This document shows, in pieces, positions 59,887 to 64,000 of a DNA stretch of 64,000 nucleotides. Every line of letters begins with the position of its first letter. Within the stretch, counting starts at the first letter, position 1. The stretch spans positions 20,249 to 84,248 of the forward strand of contig CAZWDO010000005.1 in the NCBI GenBank assembly GCA_964632485.1, given 5' to 3'. The stretch is from an uncultured bacterium. Lineage in GTDB: Bacteria > JAGOEH01. A model generated the notes under the pieces. It saw only the letters and a list, made by a program, of their open reading frames with translations, was not told where the DNA came from and did not search any database. The position numbers and the translations under genes were made by a program.

Positions 59887-60948
59887 ATGTCCCATCTTGA
59901 CACTAGATTAATTGAAACCATTTGGTTACGGCTTCCTTACCGCGCCCAACTCAAGCTGACTGATTTTTTCCAGGGATTGTCAAAACCGAGCAGGAACGAT
60001 TTATTGCCCCCTCTGCCGCGAATGGCAATTATTGATCCCATCAATAGTTGTCAATTACGTTGCCCGCTTTGTCCCTCCGACCGGCAAAAATACCCCAAAA
60101 GCCGCATGGATATCCGACTTTTTGAAACGATACTTGAACAACTGCCCGATTTAAGGGTTCTTCTGCTCTTCAATTGGGGGGAGCCGCTCCTGCATAATGA
60201 GTTGACCCAGATGATCCAATTAGCGGTAAAACGGCGGATACTCACGATCATCCATACAAATTTCAGCCTGGATATTGATTCCGATCGGCTGGACGATCTG
60301 GTGAAAAGCGGCCTCCATCAATTGATCGTATCGCTTGACGGTCTGACCGTTCCAAGCTATACGCCTTACCGAGTCAACGGAGATCCCGAACGTGTTCAGA
60401 CCAACATGTTTCGTCTGATGGAATCTAAGAACCGTTTGAGGTCCCGCACTCCCTATCTGATTTGGAAATACATTGTGAATCGGTACAATGAATCTGAACT
60501 GCAAGCAGCGCGGAAACTTGCGCGTAAATGGAAGATCGATTTTTATGCCGACCGCATGGGGTTGGGCGATGACTTGCCCGATTTCAAGTTCGTCCAGAGT
60601 TTTCAGGAGCGCCAGGAAACCTGGTTACCTCTTGAAAAAAAATGGATACTCCCCCACTATCAACCGACGCATTCCAAAGTCGCCATCCACTCCACGCCGT
60701 GCCTATCGCTGTTTCGCTCAATCACTATCCATCCCGATGGACGGGTCAGCCCCTGTTGCTGGATTACCGACGAGGCCAATACCTGGGGTGATTTGAAACG
60801 CGAATCACTGAGTTCGATCTGGCGCAATGATGCCTACCAGTCCGCGCGACAACTCTTTATTGACGGAATACACCAGCGTCCGTCAATACCTGTAATTTGC
60901 CAAAAATGTCATATTTATTCCCAGACCCGGCGAGAGAACATTCATTAA
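59887..60948 (+). CDS. radical SAM enzyme with twitch/partial-SPASM C-terminal Cys cluster
   Basis: 'NSCQLRCPLCPS' CxxxCxxC. C-terminal 'SPCCWI...' and 'CQKCHIY'. Neither candidate start (59887, or the internal ATG at 60022) has an obvious RBS. Confidence 0.7.
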   Translation: MSHLDTRLIETIWLRLPYRAQLKLTDFFQGLSKPSRNDLLPPLPRMAIIDPINSCQLRCPLCPSDRQKYPKSRMDIRLFETILEQLPDLRVLLLFNWGEPLLHNELTQMIQLAVKRRILTIIHTNFSLDIDSDRLDDLVKSGLHQLIVSLDGLTVPSYTPYRVNGDPERVQTNMFRLMESKNRLRSRTPYLIWKYIVNRYNESELQAARKLARKWKIDFYADRMGLGDDLPDFKFVQSFQERQETWLPLEKKWILPHYQPTHSKVAIHSTPCLSLFRSITIHPDGRVSPCCWITDEANTWGDLKRESLSSIWRNDAYQSARQLFIDGIHQRPSIPVICQKCHIYSQTRRENIH

Positions 60949-61031
60949 TGCAAGCGGCTTTTTTTTACAACAAACTGTTTTTTTCTTTTTTCGGAAACTT
61001 TATTGCGCGTCATGCGTATAAAACTAATTAA
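60948..61031 (+). CDS. candidate 27-aa small ORF (MQAAFFYNKLFFSFFGNFIARHAYKTN) start-overlapping the radical SAM stop (TAATG)
   Basis: ORF read by hand; below the track size cutoff. Lies in a T-run-rich stretch that could equally be terminator/spacer DNA. No independent RBS. Confidence 0.2.
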   Translation: MQAAFFYNKLFFSFFGNFIARHAYKTN

Positions 61032-61055
61032 TTAACATCTAAAAAGGAGCGAAAA

Positions 61056-64000
61056 ATGTCGTTTACCTATCGTTTGCTAATTTTATGGCTATTTACCGTC
61101 CCATTACTAATTACTGCATCTCCAAACTGGAAAATCGGTCAGGTTTGTAATGGGTTTAAACTCTTGCGCAATGATTCGATTCCTGAACTGGAGGCGCGGG
61201 GATATCTATTCGAGCATACTAAAAGCGGCGCTCATTTACTTAAAATCGCCAATCAGGATGATAACAAGACATTTTGTATCTCTTTCAGCACACCCGTCGA
61301 TATGGACGGGGGCATCCCGCATATTATCGAACATTCCGTTTTAAACGGGTCGCGCAAATACCCGGTCAAAAGTCCCTTTGACGTCCTGAGCAAAGGCTCG
61401 TTGAATACCTTCATCAATGCGTTTACCGCCAATGATCGGACGATGTACCCCGTTGCCAGCCGAAACATCAAAGATTATTACAATCTGATGGATGTTTACC
61501 TTGACGCTGTGTTGTTTCCGCTGTTATATGAAGACCCGCGGATATTTTATCAGGAAGGTTGGCATTATGAACTGAACAACGCGGATGATCCGATTATCTA
61601 CAAGGGAGTCGTATATAATGAAATGAAAGGCGCCTTTTCATCGCCCACACGGGAACTGGATTATCGCATCATGCGGAATCTTTTCCCCGGGAATGCGTAT
61701 CAATTCTCTGCGGGGGGATATCCTTCCGCCATCCCGCAACTGACCCTGGAAAAATTTCAGCAGTTTCATAAACAGTATTATCATCCCGCCAACAGCTATA
61801 TTTTTCTTTATGGCGATGCTGATTTAGAAAAGGAACTCGCCTATATCGACCAGAACTTTCTTCAGCAGTTCGATAAAATAGAGGTCAAGGCCCGCACTCC
61901 GCTGCAAAAACCGTTTGACAAACCGCGGTCCGAACAGGCCTGGTATCCGGTTGGAGAAGACGAAGCCACCGAAGATAAAACCTATTTAGCGCAATCATGG
62001 GTGGCGAGTGAAGCGATCAATCGGACAGAATCCATGGGACTGGAGCTGTTAGCCGAATTATTGGTGAACCATCCCGCAGCCCCGGTTCGCGAAGCATTGC
62101 TCAAAGCCGGCATTGGTAAAAACGTTTCCGCCGATTTCAGCGACTATCAACAAAACGTATTTTCCATCATTGCTCAAAACGCGAATACCGAAGACGCGCA
62201 AAAATTTCAGGATCTGATCCGGCAAACCCTGGCCGACTTGGTCAAAACCGGTTTAGATAAAAAAATGGTCGAGGGCGCCGTGAACCAAATGGAGTTCCGT
62301 CTGCGCGAAGGCGCCGACAATGGTGGATTTCCCAAAGCGCTCTTAGTGAATTATCGCGCCTTAAGCGGTTGGATTTTCGCCAATGACCCCTTTATCTCCC
62401 TGGGATATGAAAAACCCTTGGCAGAAATTAAAAAACTGTTGCCAAAGAACTACCTTGAAGGATTAATCGATAAATATTTTCTTAAAAACAATCATGCCCT
62501 GTTTGTAAAAATGGATCCCAAACCCGGTCTTGAAAAAGAAATCCAAGCGCAAACAGACAAAGAATTAGCTGAATATAAAGCAAAACTGACACCGGCGGAA
62601 ATTGATGCGCTGGTCAAACAGACTCAGGAACTGAAAGCGTTTCAGGAAGAAGTGGACAGCGAAGAAAAACTGGCGACCATTCCATTGCTTGAGCTAACGG
62701 ACATCGATCCGAAAGCTGCGGTCTATACGGCGGAAACCCGCGATATCAACGCCACTCCGCTGCTGCTCTACCCAACGTTCACCAATCAGATCGTCTATCA
62801 AACCCTTTTCTTTAACGCTTCCACCGTGCCCCAGGAGTTAATCCCCTATATCGGATTGTTACGAGATATCCTGACCGAATTGAATACGAAAAATTTCAGT
62901 TATGGCGATCTCAATACGGAATTAGCCATCCACACCGGTGGAATCACTTTTAACGTAGCTACTTATGAGAATTTTAATGACCCGAATCAGTATATTCCTC
63001 GCTTTGAAATCAATGGCAAAGCGTTTACCGATAAATTTTTTCATTTGCTGGATCTCGAAGAAGAAGTGATGAATCGCACGCAATTCGCCGATTCCATTCG
63101 ATTGCGGGAAGTTTTGGCTACTTTAAGCTCCAGAATCGATAACAGCATCGGCCGCAATGGATACGCTACGGCTATCCGCCGCTTGCTTTCCTATTTTGCG
63201 CCATCAAAAAAATACAATCAACTGGTCAGTGGCTACGATTATTATCTTTTCATTAAAGACCTGGAAACAAATTTTGATCAAAAATTCCAGGAGATACAAT
63301 CCAATCTGGCAAAAGTGAGCCAATTTATTTTTCAACAACCCAATTTAACGATCGGGATCACGGCAGAGGAAAAACAATATGCGAAAATTGGCGCCAATCT
63401 GGCTCAGTTGATCGACAAATTAGGTAAAAGAACGGATGAAAAACAACTGTATCAATTTGATCCGGCAACCACGAATGAAGGATTTACATCCTCATCCAAA
63501 GTGCAATATGTGGCGCAGGGATTCAATTTTCGGAATCTGGGATTTGAATATGACGGACGATTAGCCGTTCTCAGCCAGATTTTGTCGCGCGATTATCTGC
63601 ATAACACCATCCGGGTGATGGGTGGCGCGTATGGCGGCTGGTCGGTCTTCAGTTCCAATGGTACGGTATATTTTACGTCATATCGGGATCCCAACCTCAA
63701 AGAAACCCTGAATAATTACCAAAAAGCCGCTGAATTCCTTCAAAATTTCAGCGCGACCGAACGCGAATTGACGCGCTATATCATTGGTACCATAGCGGGG
63801 AAAGACGATCTACTACTCCCCCATCAAAAAGGGGAAACGGCTTTTGACAATTTCCTGCGTCAAGTTCCTGCCGATTTCTATCAGAAAGAACGCGATAACA
63901 TTCTGCAAGTGAAAGTGGAAGATATCCGGGGAATGGCGCCGATGATTGAAAAAATCCTGAGCCAAAATGTATTCTGTGTTTATGGCAATGAAACCAAACT
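61056..64000 (+). CDS. M16-family (PreP/M16C-like) zinc metallopeptidase, 3' end outside the window
   Basis: AAGGAG RBS. Inverted zinc motif 'HIIEHSVLNGSRKYP' (HxxEH). Frame open to the window end (about 981 codons). Confidence 0.75.
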   Translation, partial: MSFTYRLLILWLFTVPLLITASPNWKIGQVCNGFKLLRNDSIPELEARGYLFEHTKSGAHLLKIANQDDNKTFCISFSTPVDMDGGIPHIIEHSVLNGSRKYPVKSPFDVLSKGSLNTFINAFTANDRTMYPVASRNIKDYYNLMDVYLDAVLFPLLYEDPRIFYQEGWHYELNNADDPIIYKGVVYNEMKGAFSSPTRELDYRIMRNLFPGNAYQFSAGGYPSAIPQLTLEKFQQFHKQYYHPANSYIFLYGDADLEKELAYIDQNFLQQFDKIEVKARTPLQKPFDKPRSEQAWYPVGEDEATEDKTYLAQSWVASEAINRTESMGLELLAELLVNHPAAPVREALLKAGIGKNVSADFSDYQQNVFSIIAQNANTEDAQKFQDLIRQTLADLVKTGLDKKMVEGAVNQMEFRLREGADNGGFPKALLVNYRALSGWIFANDPFISLGYEKPLAEIKKLLPKNYLEGLIDKYFLKNNHALFVKMDPKPGLEKEIQAQTDKELAEYKAKLTPAEIDALVKQTQELKAFQEEVDSEEKLATIPLLELTDIDPKAAVYTAETRDINATPLLLYPTFTNQIVYQTLFFNASTVPQELIPYIGLLRDILTELNTKNFSYGDLNTELAIHTGGITFNVATYENFNDPNQYIPRFEINGKAFTDKFFHLLDLEEEVMNRTQFADSIRLREVLATLSSRIDNSIGRNGYATAIRRLLSYFAPSKKYNQLVSGYDYYLFIKDLETNFDQKFQEIQSNLAKVSQFIFQQPNLTIGITAEEKQYAKIGANLAQLIDKLGKRTDEKQLYQFDPATTNEGFTSSSKVQYVAQGFNFRNLGFEYDGRLAVLSQILSRDYLHNTIRVMGGAYGGWSVFSSNGTVYFTSYRDPNLKETLNNYQKAAEFLQNFSATERELTRYIIGTIAGKDDLLLPHQKGETAFDNFLRQVPADFYQKERDNILQVKVEDIRGMAPMIEKILSQNVFCVYGNETK

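Noticed and set aside
59887-60948. Radical SAM as PqqE (PQQ biosynthesis) given the adjacent M16 'PqqF-like' peptidase
   Set aside because: No pqqA, pqqB, pqqC or pqqD genes in the neighbourhood. The enzyme has a reduced (twitch-like) rather than full SPASM Cys complement. The M16 is a PreP-sized (~1000 aa) enzyme.
60949-60995. T-runs after the radical SAM gene considered as an intrinsic terminator
   Set aside because: Only a 4-bp GCCG/CGGC stem with a ~25-nt loop precedes the T8 run. Too weak to call. The region is instead discussed as a possible sORF.
1-64000. CRISPR arrays, tRNA/rRNA genes, transposases, integrases, phage genes
   Set aside because: No periodic short direct repeats with unique spacers. 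No sequences with tRNA-like conserved T-loop/acceptor features in the intergenic regions I inspected. No ORF with DDE/tyrosine-recombinase motifs. A by-eye tRNA search is not exhaustive.

Overview
The window is a 64-kb chromosomal segment from a Shine-Dalgarno-using bacterium of moderate GC. The content suggests an FCB-group or candidate-phylum lineage, but this cannot be pinned down without a search. Five proteins carry T9SS (Por) C-terminal sorting domains, an Rnf complex is present, and the window also holds a flagellin gene and extensive c-di-GMP and two-component signalling.

Gene order, start to end:
- partial Hpt domain, then lnt (minus strand)
- a secreted FGE/SUMF1-domain protein
- an M4 metalloprotease with a T9SS CTD
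- a small STAS-like protein
- a 1506-aa repeat adhesin with a type B (CHU_C) CTD
- a SulP-STAS-cNMP transporter
- an HEXXH protease with a T9SS CTD, then an exported protein
- a TrkA/RCK potassium channel
- a propeller-GAF-GGDEF cyclase
- a GlgX-like protein (minus strand)
- a tetR-hlyD-ABC-tolC-ABC-perm-perm efflux operon
- a two-gene minus-strand module (hypothetical protein plus SAM methyltransferase)
- rnfCDGEAB-tatC-HD-GYP-membrane protein, apparently one operon
- fliC (minus strand), an MCP and a PAS hybrid kinase
- an Oar-like TonB-dependent receptor
- a GHL10 hydrolase with a T9SS CTD (minus strand)
- nadD, polA, a twitch-type radical SAM enzyme, a 27-aa sORF and a PreP-like M16 peptidase that runs off the window end.

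I found no rRNA, tRNA, CRISPR array, transposase or integrase. Several near-consensus TTGACA-17-TATAAT promoters are readable.

Observations worth a second look:
- the radical SAM / sORF / M16 cluster
- a GlgX homolog whose catalytic Glu is Gln and whose region-IV Asp is Glu
- a T9SS-CTD-like domain at the N-terminal end of the FGE protein
- an rnf operon that continues into tatC, an HD-GYP gene and a membrane protein
- a nadD promoter sitting inside a 17-bp inverted repeat that covers the ribosome-binding site.
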